A stretch of 64,000 nt of DNA from Chrysomallon squamiferum (Eukaryota > Animalia > Mollusca): positions 5,642,001 to 5,706,000 of the forward strand of contig CM022665.1 in NCBI GenBank assembly GCA_012295275.1, in the 5' to 3' direction. Shown piece by piece: positions 1 to 16,927 of the stretch. The position numbers were made by a program, and so were the translations under genes. The notes below the pieces were generated by a model, which saw nothing but the letters and a program-made list of their open reading frames with translations, was not told where the DNA came from and did no database searches. Each line of letters begins with the position of its first letter. The stretch's first letter is position 1.

Positions 1-412
1 CTTTCAGATGAAGAAATTGAAGATATACACATGAACACACATATACACCCAAAAGGATGAACTGAAAATAAAGCTTTTTCTAAACATTTAATTAAAACAA
101 GTACATCATAAAAATATTTTAAAAAAGCTTTAAAAATCATGATTTTATATCTGCTTAAAGATACTAATAAATACATATATACAAAACATAAACACAAAGA
201 TGCATGTACTCAAACACAAAACACAGACACACAGAAATAAATAAATAACCACTGATAAAGAGCTATAATCTATTTTCAAATTAAATAAAAATTATAATTT
301 AAAACAAAAAAAATATGACAAATCACATGTTCTTACATTAACAACAACAAAATAATAACAATATTAACAATAAATTTACTATCAGTATAAGACTTAACAA
401 TTGTATTAAAAA

Positions 413-474
<62 letters not shown>
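413..474. repeat. (AAT)n microsatellite
   Basis: About 20 perfect AAT units. This explains the poly-Tyr ORF 333..626. Confidence 0.95.
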
Positions 475-961
475 GCCACAAAGCAAAAAACAATTAAAAC
501 AACTTTACTGACCAATATTAAAAATGGCATCGTGGAAGCCATCCAAGTCTGATAGAGATCCTGCCACCCAAACGATATGGAATCGGCAGTTATATAAAGA
601 GACACAAACCAAACATTATTAACCACTCAAATCAGTGGGCCAGCTCTCCCAGAGAGTTGTAAAGACTGTGCACAGGTTGGAACAACACCTGATCAATGGT
701 AGAACATGTCACAGCATGGAACCAGTATCTTGGCAATGTGGTAAACTTTCTCTGCCATTAGTAACACAGTGCTAATATGTTTGTTGTATTAATAAATGAG
801 CCACCCAGCAGCTGCCCCATGCAAAGATATAATTTGCACGTGGTGTCACTTTTCAGGTGCTTTGTTTCATTTTTTTTTATCAACTGATTATGTGAAAACA
901 ATAATTATAATAAAACAAAAAGTCATATCTCGGAATAACTGATGTTGATTTATTTTTTCAC

Positions 962-962
<1 letters not shown>

Positions 963-1012
<50 letters not shown>
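963..1012. repeat. poly-T tract (50 nt)
   Basis: Uninterrupted T run. Confidence 0.95.
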
Positions 1013-1016
<4 letters not shown>

Positions 1017-2178
1017 AATTAAACATGTTGATACTGGTAGAGTCTATATTAAGGCAAATATTTATTTTTTTTTTTTTTTTTTTTTTGTATTGTTTTTAAA
1101 AGTCCTTTTCACTATAAAGCAACCATTTCTTTTACAAGAGGCTCATTAGAAAAACAGGAATTATGTACAGTTAATTAATTATAATTTTACTGTCTGATAT
1201 GTATTTCTTTTTTTCTTTTCTTTTTTTCACTTTTCCCATACATGTATGAACAAGAATAAAACTTACTGAAACATGAAACCAACAAGATTAATATTTTTTT
1301 CCTGCCTTTGTAAGTGACACTAGTAACTATTTTAAAACCATTCCATAATTAAGGGATTTTTTGTTTTAATAACAATACATCTAGTTGCTAAATTGATTTT
1401 ATAACAAGATTATCTGAATTAAAATAAAATCATAAAAATGAAATAATGTTACAGCTTAGCCCTTTGATGAGGATAAATAAAAATTGATTAAAAACAAATT
1501 AAACTGAATTAGTAATACACCGATTCAGTCAGAAGAGGATTTAAATATGAACATTTCTGAGTGTGTATTCTTTCTTTTGTTCTTTCTTTGTTCTCTGTAT
1601 CTCTCTTAGGTTCAGTCTGCCTTCCTTTTTCCCCAACCCCTGTTTTCATAGCCTAATTCTCCTCTTTCTCATAACACACATAACGAACTTGTATAATTAG
1701 TTTATATATATATATGATAGATCTACTTAACAAACAATGTGGACAAAATATATGAGGTAAGCAAAGTTATGTTACAACTGACATTATTAAGCTTCATTCA
1801 CTATTATCTATATGCACTATCTGTCTGTCTACAGATAAATATATCTACTTATGTATATTTAGTCATAACATGTTCAAACTTACCCAAATCATGTCCAGAG
1901 GCAACATTCTGGCAAATATCCAGGCAGGTAAACTGGAACTTTCCAATCAGAACAATTTCAAATTTCTGATCTGAGAACTGCATTACAATGCAATACGATG
2001 CGTACACACAATTTCAAGAACAAAAATATTGCATCAGTGCTATCAATAGAGCCCGGAAAGGACCGATCCCCTTTGCGCCATTTACATTACTTCATTTTAT
2101 TTATTTTCCACTAAAACCATATTCTAATTTTTTACATTTTTTTTAAATTTAAATTTTAAATTTTAATTTTAAATTTAC

Positions 2179-2235
2179 CTGCTCCCGGTCAGAGGTACTG
2201 TCCTGTTCAGAAACCTCTTGCCATCCATTAGACAT
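2179..2235 (-). CDS. Putative first coding exon of an unidentified minus-strand gene continuing off the left edge (MSNGWQEVSEQDSTSDREQ)
   Basis: Exon 2255-2179 has a strong acceptor (poly-T + CCAG) and donor (CAG|GTAAAT) and is GC-richer than its flanks. ATG at 2235 gives 19 codons ending in phase 0. Upstream minus-strand donors occur at about 3775 (CAG|GTAATC) and 4118 (TG|GTAAGT). No homology was recognised. Confidence 0.4.
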
Positions 2236-4169
2236 AACTATCAAATGGTTAGCGCCTGGAAAAAAAAAAAATTCATTCATAAATTTATGTTGTTTCAATC
2301 TTCCACAGCTACAACATTTGAATAATATCATATATGGAAATTGTTATACCTATTTATTTATATATAAACACATTTGCTGAGTATATTTTTTAATACTCAA
2401 TATGCTACATTACATTCTGTTTTCTTTTTTCAAATTATAATAATAAAAAACAAATAAATACACACATATTTCATTTTCGGTTTATAAATTATTCCTTTGT
2501 CAAATTTCTACCAAATAAAATGATTTTGTTTATTTATATAAAGATGAGGCTACACACTGTAAACATTTCTTGTAATTTTATTTTTATATTTACACACAGT
2601 AAGCTTCAATAATTTAAAAATACCATGCATGTGTACAAACATTTCATTAGATAATAACTGTAACATAACTATACAAATCTATTTAATTTTTTATATTCAT
2701 TGGTTGTGTTCTGTTGTAATACATTTCATTTTACAATCAATGATTATTAATTTAGTTTTTAATACAATAATAATACTGAGATTCACAGAGAACCGCTATC
2801 AAGTATAACAAAATATATTAAGCAACTGGTTTAATATGTTTACAGCATATAAGTTATAATAAAATTGATAAATTATTAATTTTATCAAACAGTTTTTATT
2901 TATTTTATTTTTTAAACAAAAAAGAAGAAAATAGTTCTGAATAACCTTTTTTTTTTTTACTTCTAACAACAAAGAGCTCCTATAATACTATTAACAATAC
3001 AATCTTTTTTCTTTATATACATATATATATATATATATTAAAATGTCAGTATCAATGAAGATTAAAATCCAAGGCCTGTTTTTGTTTCCCTTTTGAAGTG
3101 CAGTAAATCACTGTTTAAAAAAAAGAGAGAGAAAGCGAGAAGAAAAACCAAAAAGGTAAAAATATCTGATGCTCAACATTATTAAATTTTCTCCAAATAC
3201 TGTGATGATCCTCATGTATCTTTACCTCAAAAGAGGAGTATTATCAAATAAATAAATAAATAAACAAAACTAATAAACTTCCGATGGCAATAATGCATAT
3301 AATACTATATACAAGCTAATTCAATATGCATTACCTTTCAAAAGCATCGCTGTGGTATTAAATATATCCAATTCAAAATGAAAATTACTGAATTTTTTTA
3401 CTTTGGGTGGAATTCATTTCAATACACATCTGATGAAGTGAATATCTGCATCGGCGTTATATACAAATTATATCAGCTAAACCAAGTCCTAACAAGTATC
3501 ACGATTAAATATTACATACAAAGTAATATAATTATATTGCTTATGAAATCAACTTAGACTTTCATCCATAGAGCATTGTCACTTGTGTCAGTGTGCGACA
3601 GTGTGATTACCGACAAAACAACACGATTACGATCCAGCAGTTGGGATCCGTCCAAGTTATTACAGTTTAAATACCAACTGCATGCTTATACTTGAAATGT
3701 GCCTATGTTTACACGTGTGCTATAAGTGCTAAAAATAGCAAAACCTAATTAATCAGCTGGTCAGTCCCGATTACCTGTAATATTAACGTATCCATTTAAA
3801 ACTGTAAATATGTGTCAAAATGAAGTAAATCCGGTGATAAATAAAAAGGAAAGAAACAGTCGAAGAAAACATTTCTTGGATGAGTCAGTCCAGAACAGAA
3901 GCATCTGCATCTCGATTGAAACAAGTTTGAACATGTTCTGCCACTCCATGTGTCCGTAAACATTCTTGGAAAACCCCTTGTGAAAAGAGGTTAATTCCAT
4001 GTTTGTAAAAGGAATTCCCTTTCTATTTTGCGAAAATGACAACTTTAGGTGCCATGTTTTATATTAAAAATTAAAATGGATTAAAAGGATTCAAAATAAA
4101 TTGAAATATAAACTTACCAACATTACCATTAAGTATAAACTTAATGAAATCTTTAAATAGTTAACGGAA

Positions 4170-4365
4170 CAATAAATATGGCGGTTTTATTTCCGACATT
4201 ATTTTTTGGTAATCACTGGACACAGTCATTAAAACGTAATTTTATTTCTGAATTATCTTATTAAGATTACCATTAAATTCAATTAACTGAAGAAACCGCT
4301 TAAATTAAGATAACTGAAAGGTACTATATTTTACTATGTGCAACGGTTAAGGCGCGGCCGAATTT
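4170..4365. promoter_or_regulatory. Putative promoter region with YY1-like motif
   Basis: AATATGGCGG at 4175-4184 (YY1-like ATGGCG core), GGCGCGGCCG at 4351-4360 and local CpG enrichment, upstream of the putative minus-strand exons. Confidence 0.3.
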
Positions 4366-5557
4366 ACTACAGAAAACGAAATAGGTTATTTAAATGTCCT
4401 TTCAGGCTTTTGTATTCAGAGATTGATTGTCCTTTTGTTATCGTTGTTTTCTTTCTTTCTGTCGATAGTGTTTGTAAATTATTATTATTACTCTATGTTA
4501 CTAAAATTATTTATTTAATAAAATGAAGTTATCTAATGAAAATAAACTATATATGATTACTGATTCAAATTGATTTTATTTCGGCAGTATCGTATGCGTA
4601 TAACAGTAAAATCATTTAACGTCTGAAAACGTTAAAGTGTGTGTGATGATTTTATCCATTTTGATACAAACATGTCAACTCACAAAATTCATAATTTATA
4701 CTAAATATTTTTTAAGTATTCACTGTTTAATATCTGTATGATCGAATCGGAAATTATTTCTACAATATACCCGACTGGAAAAGCCTTCTTAAGTTCTTTC
4801 CGTGTACGTGTGACAATTTAAAAAAAAAAATAATAAAACAAAAAACAAAACAATAACAAAGACAAAGACAAAAACAACAAACAAACCAACGAATAACCTT
4901 CCCAAAAAACAATTATAGTACAAAGTAAAGACTGGAAATGTTTTACGAATATCCAGTCACCACTGACAATGTTTTATGTGAATCCAATAACCGTTTTTTT
5001 TAAACCAAAATTTCAAAATAAAGTATAAATAATCATATACGTACAGTTCAGACCGTTTTGAGTAGTTTTATGAATTAATTTTTTTCCATGAATAATGGAA
5101 CATATCCAGGGAAAAACCGGATTTAATTTACTTTTGTAAAGGCAGTGTACTAAATAATTAAAGATACGTTGGTTGTGGGCTGACAGCAACGGGCAATTTT
5201 CAGACGTCTTTCTGAAGCTTACGTCATAGTTTTTCCACTTTTATCGCCCTTGGAAAACCTGTTGTTATTATTTATTTTTTTTTATTTTTTTTTTTTAAAT
5301 AATTTTTCCACAGTACTAACTAGAAAGATAATTTTTAACGGTAGATAATTCATAATGGTTTAATTTGCTATTCCTTTTCCCATATTTCTACTGTAATACC
5401 ACTATAAAGCTATATATATATACTTCTACTCTAATGTTAATAAACTATAAAGTTATTATATATTTATAAATTAAGAAAAACAATTTTATATAAATTTCCT
5501 ACTGATCAGAAGTAAAATGCTCTCTCAAACACTAACAAGGCAGATTACAAATTATTT

Positions 5558-5615
<58 letters not shown>

Positions 5616-7772
5616 ATTTAGTTTTATGCTTTACAGTCTAATAATCGTTAATAATAAAATATATGAAAACTATCTTTGAACAATTAAAAATAATTTGTTT
5701 GCCATAGTGTTTCATACTTTTTTCTCTCGAAAGCCAAAGTATATGATTATTAAATTATTATTTATTTATTAAATATCTCTTCTAATGCAGTTATTTATTT
5801 AATGTCGTTGTTACAAGACTGCCGTTATGAATCATGAACCATATATATTATTCGTGTGTATATAATTATTTTAATTAGTCATTACCCTGCTTGCGCAACT
5901 ATGTACTCATTTACCTACTTGGACATGTTAGAACAGATAGCCAGACGTAGTTTGTCAGCTACGTACTCACTCACACATTTTCATCTATGCTTCACCGATT
6001 GATTTGTTAAAGTGGATCTTTTGTTTTTCTTCGAAACCTTCAGTAACAAAAACAGACACATTTATTTCCTGTGCGACAGACCATGAAATTACAATTAACT
6101 GAACGTGAAAACTGATAGTTTTGGTGTCAAAACAGAAGACAACTTTATAGGTTAACATGCAGAGTCTGTGCGTGTGTGCATACACACACACACACAACAT
6201 TGTGCACACACGCACGCACACAACATACACCGAGTCAATTTTGCAATATTTTAGAGAATATAAATTTTAGGTTTAATGAAAGAATGTTAAAGGAGACCTC
6301 AAATTTATTTATTTATATAATAATAAATTATTAAATGTTAGATATGGGTTTAGTGTTATGAACATGTGAGAGAAAAATCTGTAAGCAACAGGAGTTCCTT
6401 TAAATCTACCTTCCCATAGAAAGAAGAGCATAAACCTCGTTCTTTGTGAAACCAAATGTGAAACATGAACTATCCCAAACGTGTGGGTGCCTTGAGGATT
6501 GATCACGAGACCTATCCCACAACATGTCAACTGAACTTGGTATGCAGATCTCTAGTTTACACAGGGTAATAGCAATTGGATATCTTTTAAAATATACTCA
6601 TCTATAAAAACAAAGATTTTTTTTTTCTATTATATGTTTTAATAAACCAATAAACAAAAATAGTCACATACATAATTAAATATTACATATCAAGCAATGA
6701 GCATAAGCAGTTACAACAATGGGACAAAGAACAGAACATGAAAAGGCACTTCTGCATGTCCTGTTCAATGTATACATAATGCCTGTGGATTCCACAACCA
6801 TAATAATTTTATCTGGGTAGCAGTCATAGATAAAATAATTGATCAAACAACAGAAACTTCAATTATTAATATTAACATTATTAATTCCACTGTTTGCTGA
6901 AAGTTAAGATGAAAGATAATTATATATTCAGACAAAAATTTATAATTTTGAAAAGGCTATAAACCTATTTTTACCTTATTTTAATACAGGAGCAATTGAT
7001 AAAAATCTTTTAAAAAAAACATCCATACTTTAGAATCATAATTGAAAGAAAAACATTTGCATATTGTAAACATTTTAATAATCAAAATGCAGCTGCACCC
7101 TTTTTTTAAGTAGATATGTTATGCATGTATACCTGTTTTCTAAAAATAAATTAAACTAAAAGCATATAAACCTTTTTTTAAAAACTACCAAAAAAAAATC
7201 CCAAGTTGTATTTAGTAACTTATATTCATTTTGGACTTTAAAGATTTTACATCCATCAGTAGATCCAACAGTGTTCTTTAATAAAAACCTTTTTGAAAAA
7301 TCAAAAGGCAGAACACTGTATTATTTATATAAAATTACAACATTTAAAAAAAAAATTAATGTATACTCAAAATATATAGATTTCTATAATATATCAATTT
7401 TAAAAAAAAGAACACTGTAGAAAAACATTAATATAATTATATTAATAATGTAAAAGTCTGTATTGTTAAAACTTTTATGATCATCTGAAATTACAACAGA
7501 AAAATATTATATTAATATTTTATCTATCTTTATGTCTCTTGAAGCCTAACTTGCATTGTGTAAAAAAAAAAAAAAAAAAAAAAATTAATGTTAGATTATT
7601 TTAATTCATTTTCTAAAATAAAACTGAAACATAATAATAATAATTAAAAAATGAAGGAAAAGACAAAACTATAATGTTTATACAAAAGCATAACGGTTTA
7701 TATACTAGAATATTTGTTTCAGTCCATCAGCACTGCCAGAAATTATGTGTTTTATGTGACTCTCTGAACAAA

Positions 7773-12673
<4,901 letters not shown>

Positions 12674-12747
12674 CTTTCTTACTTGCCAATGAAGATCGAA
12701 ACTTGTATCTCTTGTAATTTATAACACCAACGCCGCAAGTCGAGTGA

Positions 12748-12755
12748 TCACGTGG
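12748..12755. promoter_or_regulatory. E-box (TCACGTGG) in the GSTP proximal promoter
   Basis: CACGTG at 12749-12754 in a CpG-rich patch about 75 bp upstream of the exon 1 donor. Confidence 0.35.
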
Positions 12756-13761
12756 TTTCCGCGACCTTGGCCTGATTAAAACTCGTTGCTACCAAGCTTT
12801 TTCGACTTCAGTCCCGTATGGTTTAGAACTTTAGATTAAACCGAGTTTGATGTTTTATCCTTAGTATGACTGTGGAACCAAGCCATCATTTTTATAAAGA
12901 AAAGCACATTTATTTGTATAGAAGAAATTAAACACAGGATTTTGTCGTTCTATGGATTAAAAACGAAGTTAAATCCATTTCCTCAGCCCTCTGTAGCCTG
13001 TGTAGCACGCACACTTTAACAGATGGAAGTTTATGGTTAATTTTTAAAATATTAATTACCTGTCATTATTTATAAATTTTGTTAGTTACATTTAGTACGC
13101 AATACATATATATGAAAAGGCCAATGTTAATGTTTTTCATCTGGCACTAAGCAAATGCGACTCCATAGCCGATCTAGAGTACTAAATGCTTAGATCCAAA
13201 CAGTAATCGATATTAAAGTGATCTGTATTCATGTGTAATTTATATTACGTTTTTTTCTAATAAGCTTCTTCTTCTTCTTTATTTATTTAGTTTCTTTATT
13301 ATTATTATTATTTCAGTGTCATCTGTTATTGATAAGACCGATATGTTTTAATTTCATGGCACGTGTTTGTGTGTGTGTCACTTCAAATTTGAGGCGGGAA
13401 AGTTCCAATGTACCTATGAACGCAATCTTCATGAAGAGCGCGGGTCATGGTCATAGAATCCACGTGTTTCTAAAAAAAAAAAAAAAAACACCTCACAGTG
13501 CTTAAACCTGTATTAATAAATCAATTTAAATAAAAGAATTGGCGTTTTCCCTTGATTTATTCAAAACGACTGATTTCAATATACTGTTTTAGAACCTTAA
13601 TTTAGATCGATTGTTTAAAGAACGTTTCAAACATTTTATGTTACAGACTGATTAGACTTGCCTTATGGATAATGTTTCTTCGAGGGAAAGTTTAAAAAAT
13701 GAATACTATAGGAATGATTGAACTTAAACACTGTGATATTTATTAAAGTATGGAAATTATG

Positions 13762-14120
13762 TGGAGTTAAGGATCTACTTGAATAAAACGAGGATCACTA
13801 GATACATATATAGAGTGATGTCATCTACTTGACTGAGTGATGGTCTCTATCTGAATGGAGTGAAGGGATCTACACTAATGGAGAAAAAAGGGGCAATTTG
13901 AACGCAGACAAGGGATCTACTTGAAAGGAGTAGATTTATTTGAGTGAACTGAGAGGACCTACCCGAAAAGAGTATTTTGATTCACCTGTATGTAGTAAGA
14001 ATATCTGCCTGAATAACGCGATGGGATCTAGAAGCATACAGTGTGATGTGATCTACTAGATTGTTAATTAAAGGGTTTTCTTGAATGAGTTAAGCTTCAT
14101 AACGTAAACTGAGAGATCAC
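13762..14120. repeat. Degenerate minisatellite, about 23-24-bp unit (GGAGTGAAGGGATCTACTTGAAT-like)
   Basis: Recurrent GATCTAC(TTGA)-like cores at about 13771, 13822, 13866, 13913, 14024 and 14050, with GGAGTGA/GAAT flanks. Confidence 0.7.
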
Positions 14121-14148
14121 ATACAAGATCGCAAAAAGCAACAACACA

Positions 14149-14154
14149 TTTATT
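14149..14154 (-). terminator. Polyadenylation signal AATAAA of the intronless orphan gene
   Basis: TTTATT on the plus strand, about 54 nt past the stop codon, followed on the minus strand by the GU/U-rich GTGTTGTTGCTTTTTG. Confidence 0.6.
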
Positions 14155-14207
14155 AACCTCACCTTTTGGTACAGTAAGGTATCATTTCTTTTACATGCAC
14201 AAAATTA

Positions 14208-15311
14208 TCACGTTAAAACTGTTACCAGAACATGAAGAAACGCAAACAGCCAGTTATTCCAGGTAAACGGAACATTAGCTTTGCTTTCAGCCTCTTCTTC
14301 TTCTTCTTCCTCTTTCATTTCGCTAAACTTCTTACTAAACTCGTCGACTCTGTGTATTTTCAAAATTTTCTTTCCTTTTACGTGACAAGTCCCAGATTTC
14401 GGATTATAGATGCCAACTTGTCCCTTTGAACATCTGCAAGAGTAATTCAACTGGTTTCTTATCAAGCCCAAGAGATTCATATTATTGTCTGGATTAAATT
14501 CGCACGATTTGTCTTGGAATCTGTTGCAAGGGTTTCCTTCATCGTTCGCCATATCTCTAGGAGATGGAATGTTTCCTCCAGTCGTCCTCCCATAGCATGG
14601 GTTCGGACAGAACATGATTTCTGCACAGAGGAAAGCTTTGTTTGGGTCGTCACTTCTCCAGTCAAAAATGGTTAATCCTGAAACTCTGGACTCTTGTACG
14701 CGATTTAAATACATCAGACAGTTCTTCCCTTTCATAAAATGAGCCAGAATTTCTTCTCTTTTCATTGTGTACCAACACATGTAATAGGATGCAGTTGCTC
14801 TGAAAGTTAAGAAAGCTATCCAGTCTTTAAATGGGTAATAATCGGGCCAGTTCAGGGGCGGCACCGTTTTGTGCAGCAGTGGGTACAAACTGCTCGTTCC
14901 AGGATCTGAAATAACCTTGTAGATCTCCAGTATACAGTCGATCACAGACTGTTCGCAAGCAGAGTTTAATTTTCTGTTCATCGGTTTCAGAGGAGGAGAA
15001 GGGAAGTGTCGAAAAAACTGTGGCTTTCTTTCTGTCGTTTTCCGTCGGTCAATCCCAAAATACTTATGAGCTGCTATAAACAGCCCAACATGGTGAAGCT
15101 GAATCGAATAAATGGGCCTGTCTCTTTTGTGCCTGTTAAGCTTTGTAAAATTTCCTGGTTCGTCGTCCGGGTAATTTTCTTCATTTTTGCTTGAATAACC
15201 ATATGACATTTCTTCCCAGCTGGAATTTTTATAAGCCGGAAATTCGTCAAAATGTCCTTTCACACACACAAAATAAATTAAAGTTAGCGCTTTAAATAAA
15301 TACAGTGCCAT
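14208..15311 (-). CDS. Uncharacterised single-exon secreted/GPI-anchored cysteine-rich protein (367 aa) with an EGF-like C-terminal Cys cluster
   Basis: 1104-nt ORF in AT-rich DNA where chance ORFs are short, with normal amino acid composition. It has an N-terminal signal peptide (MALYLFKALTLIYFVCVKG), an acidic propeptide ending in the furin motif RHKR, 12 Cys in the mature region (including FCPNPC and NPC-C-CxC-C), an acidic linker and a hydrophobic C-terminus with no cytoplasmic tail. AATAAA lies downstream. Confidence 0.9.
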   Translation of the reverse strand: MALYLFKALTLIYFVCVKGHFDEFPAYKNSSWEEMSYGYSSKNEENYPDDEPGNFTKLNRHKRDRPIYSIQLHHVGLFIAAHKYFGIDRRKTTERKPQFFRHFPSPPLKPMNRKLNSACEQSVIDCILEIYKVISDPGTSSLYPLLHKTVPPLNWPDYYPFKDWIAFLTFRATASYYMCWYTMKREEILAHFMKGKNCLMYLNRVQESRVSGLTIFDWRSDDPNKAFLCAEIMFCPNPCYGRTTGGNIPSPRDMANDEGNPCNRFQDKSCEFNPDNNMNLLGLIRNQLNYSCRCSKGQVGIYNPKSGTCHVKGKKILKIHRVDEFSKKFSEMKEEEEEEEAESKANVPFTWNNWLFAFLHVLVTVLT

Positions 15312-15385
15312 TAATTATGGTGGTATTTCGTATACTCAAACTAATAAACAATCAGTTTTTCTTCAAACGTTTATTTTCAAACGAC

Positions 15386-15395
15386 ATGACGTCAT
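15386..15395. promoter_or_regulatory. Palindromic cAMP response element (ATGACGTCAT)
   Basis: Perfect TGACGTCA extended to a 10-bp palindrome, 75 bp upstream of the orphan ATG. Confidence 0.5.
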
Positions 15396-16053
15396 AATAA
15401 AACGTCCTCGGAAACTGCCCTTCCTTTTATGAATAGGGAACTAATACCCTAAACGTTCCCAAGGAAAACAAATAAACATACTAAAACGTTTTGTTTTGTG
15501 GGTGTTTATTTTTTAAACACAAACAGTATATATACAAATACATAGGTACATACATACATACATACGCACGCACACATAAAAAAGCGAAAATACTCAAAGG
15601 AAATCGGCGTCTTTTATTATGCACATAAGCACCGAGTCATACTTTAGCGTACGTAGTAGATATTCCGTGGCACCACTACGCTTTGTGAACTCCGTGTCCT
15701 AACTGTAGTTGCGATACATAGCCCGACGTAGTGAAGTATACAGATAAATATAGCTCGGCCTGATTTAACATAGCGGTAATTGCTGTATATTTCGTAAGCG
15801 TGTGAAGGACTGTGAACGCGAATTATTGCTTTATTCTCTCTTTTTCTCCAACCCACTCACCCATCATCGCATACACATGCTCACATACTTACCTAAATCT
15901 CCTTACTTAATATACATATATATATTTTTGTTTCTCTATCACTGTCTACTTTTTTCTTTTTTATATATCCTTCTATCTATCCGTCTGTCTATGTTGAATG
16001 GAAACTACCAAAACTATACGCAGTACAAGTTTATATATATTACACGTCTCTTC

Positions 16054-16056
<3 letters not shown>

Positions 16057-16099
<43 letters not shown>
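16057..16099. repeat. (CT)n microsatellite in the divergent intergenic region
   Basis: About 21 CT units. Confidence 0.95.
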
Positions 16100-16102
<3 letters not shown>

Positions 16103-16444
16103 ACGTGTACACCAATGAATGCGAACATGTCCGTGGAATTATGCAATACTTTAAAAACCAACGTCTCTCATAAAAATTATAACATTGTGTACAGGTGTGT
16201 TAGTTTATGAATGAAACAACGTGTGCAATGGCACGGACACATCATCAGGTCAAGAAGTGTCGGCGCCAGTGAATAATTGTCCAGCTGTTGACAGAAGAAC
16301 AGGCTAGTTTTCGTTATTGACATTAATGGGTAGCGGAAGGAAAGAAAACGTGGCTTACACCTCGTAAAGTCTGATTTATAAAAAGAGTTATCGCGAAATT
16401 GTAGCAGATAACTTGAGCGCAGCGAAGATATTTAGTACACCACC

Positions 16445-16590
16445 ATGGCTCCAGCTAAAGTGTTTGGTGTCGTGGTTATTGGAATAGGAATGGCAGGAAG
16501 GGTTCGCATCAGAGATTTGTTGTCTGCAGCAGACGATGTTAGTTTAGGTCTGAAGCTTGTTGGTTTCGTATCGAGGTATGTGTCATTAAA

Positions 16591-16633
<43 letters not shown>

Positions 16634-16878
16634 TCAGCAACAACAGGAACATTACCAGTATAACGTATTGTTATGATTATTATTATTATTATTAGTAGTA
16701 GTAGTAGTAGTAGTAGTATTTATTATTTGAAAATCTTTATTTATGTTTAGCTATTATTTAAATTTTAAAGTAATTTTTATGTTTGTATATGTTTGTGCGT
16801 ATTTAAAATGTTAAAGAATTCAGATGTTTGAGAATTGTATCAGCTATTTCTCATTGGTAAATGTAAAGCAGGAAACTG

Positions 16879-16927
<49 letters not shown>

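Noticed and set aside
333-626. 97-aa minus ORF with poly-Tyr (and similar poly-Ile/Leu/Phe/Asn or CV/RE-repeat ORFs throughout)
   Set aside because: These are translations of microsatellites, with no splice or protein signal.
520-860. GC-richer patch; GIVEAIQV faintly resembles a Penelope GIY-YIG tail
   Set aside because: Stops follow immediately and the similarity is too short to support a call.
3815-4056. Minus-strand ORF fragments (MAPKVVIFAK* and the 75-aa ORF)
   Set aside because: Interrupted frames with no recognisable homology; more likely UTR or promoter sequence.
13762-14120. CRISPR-like repeat/spacer array
   Set aside because: The units are degenerate and contiguous without unique spacers, the context is eukaryotic and there are no cas genes.
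14232-15194. Short ORFs overlapping the 367-aa gene
   Set aside because: Alternative-frame or antisense shadows of the real ORF.
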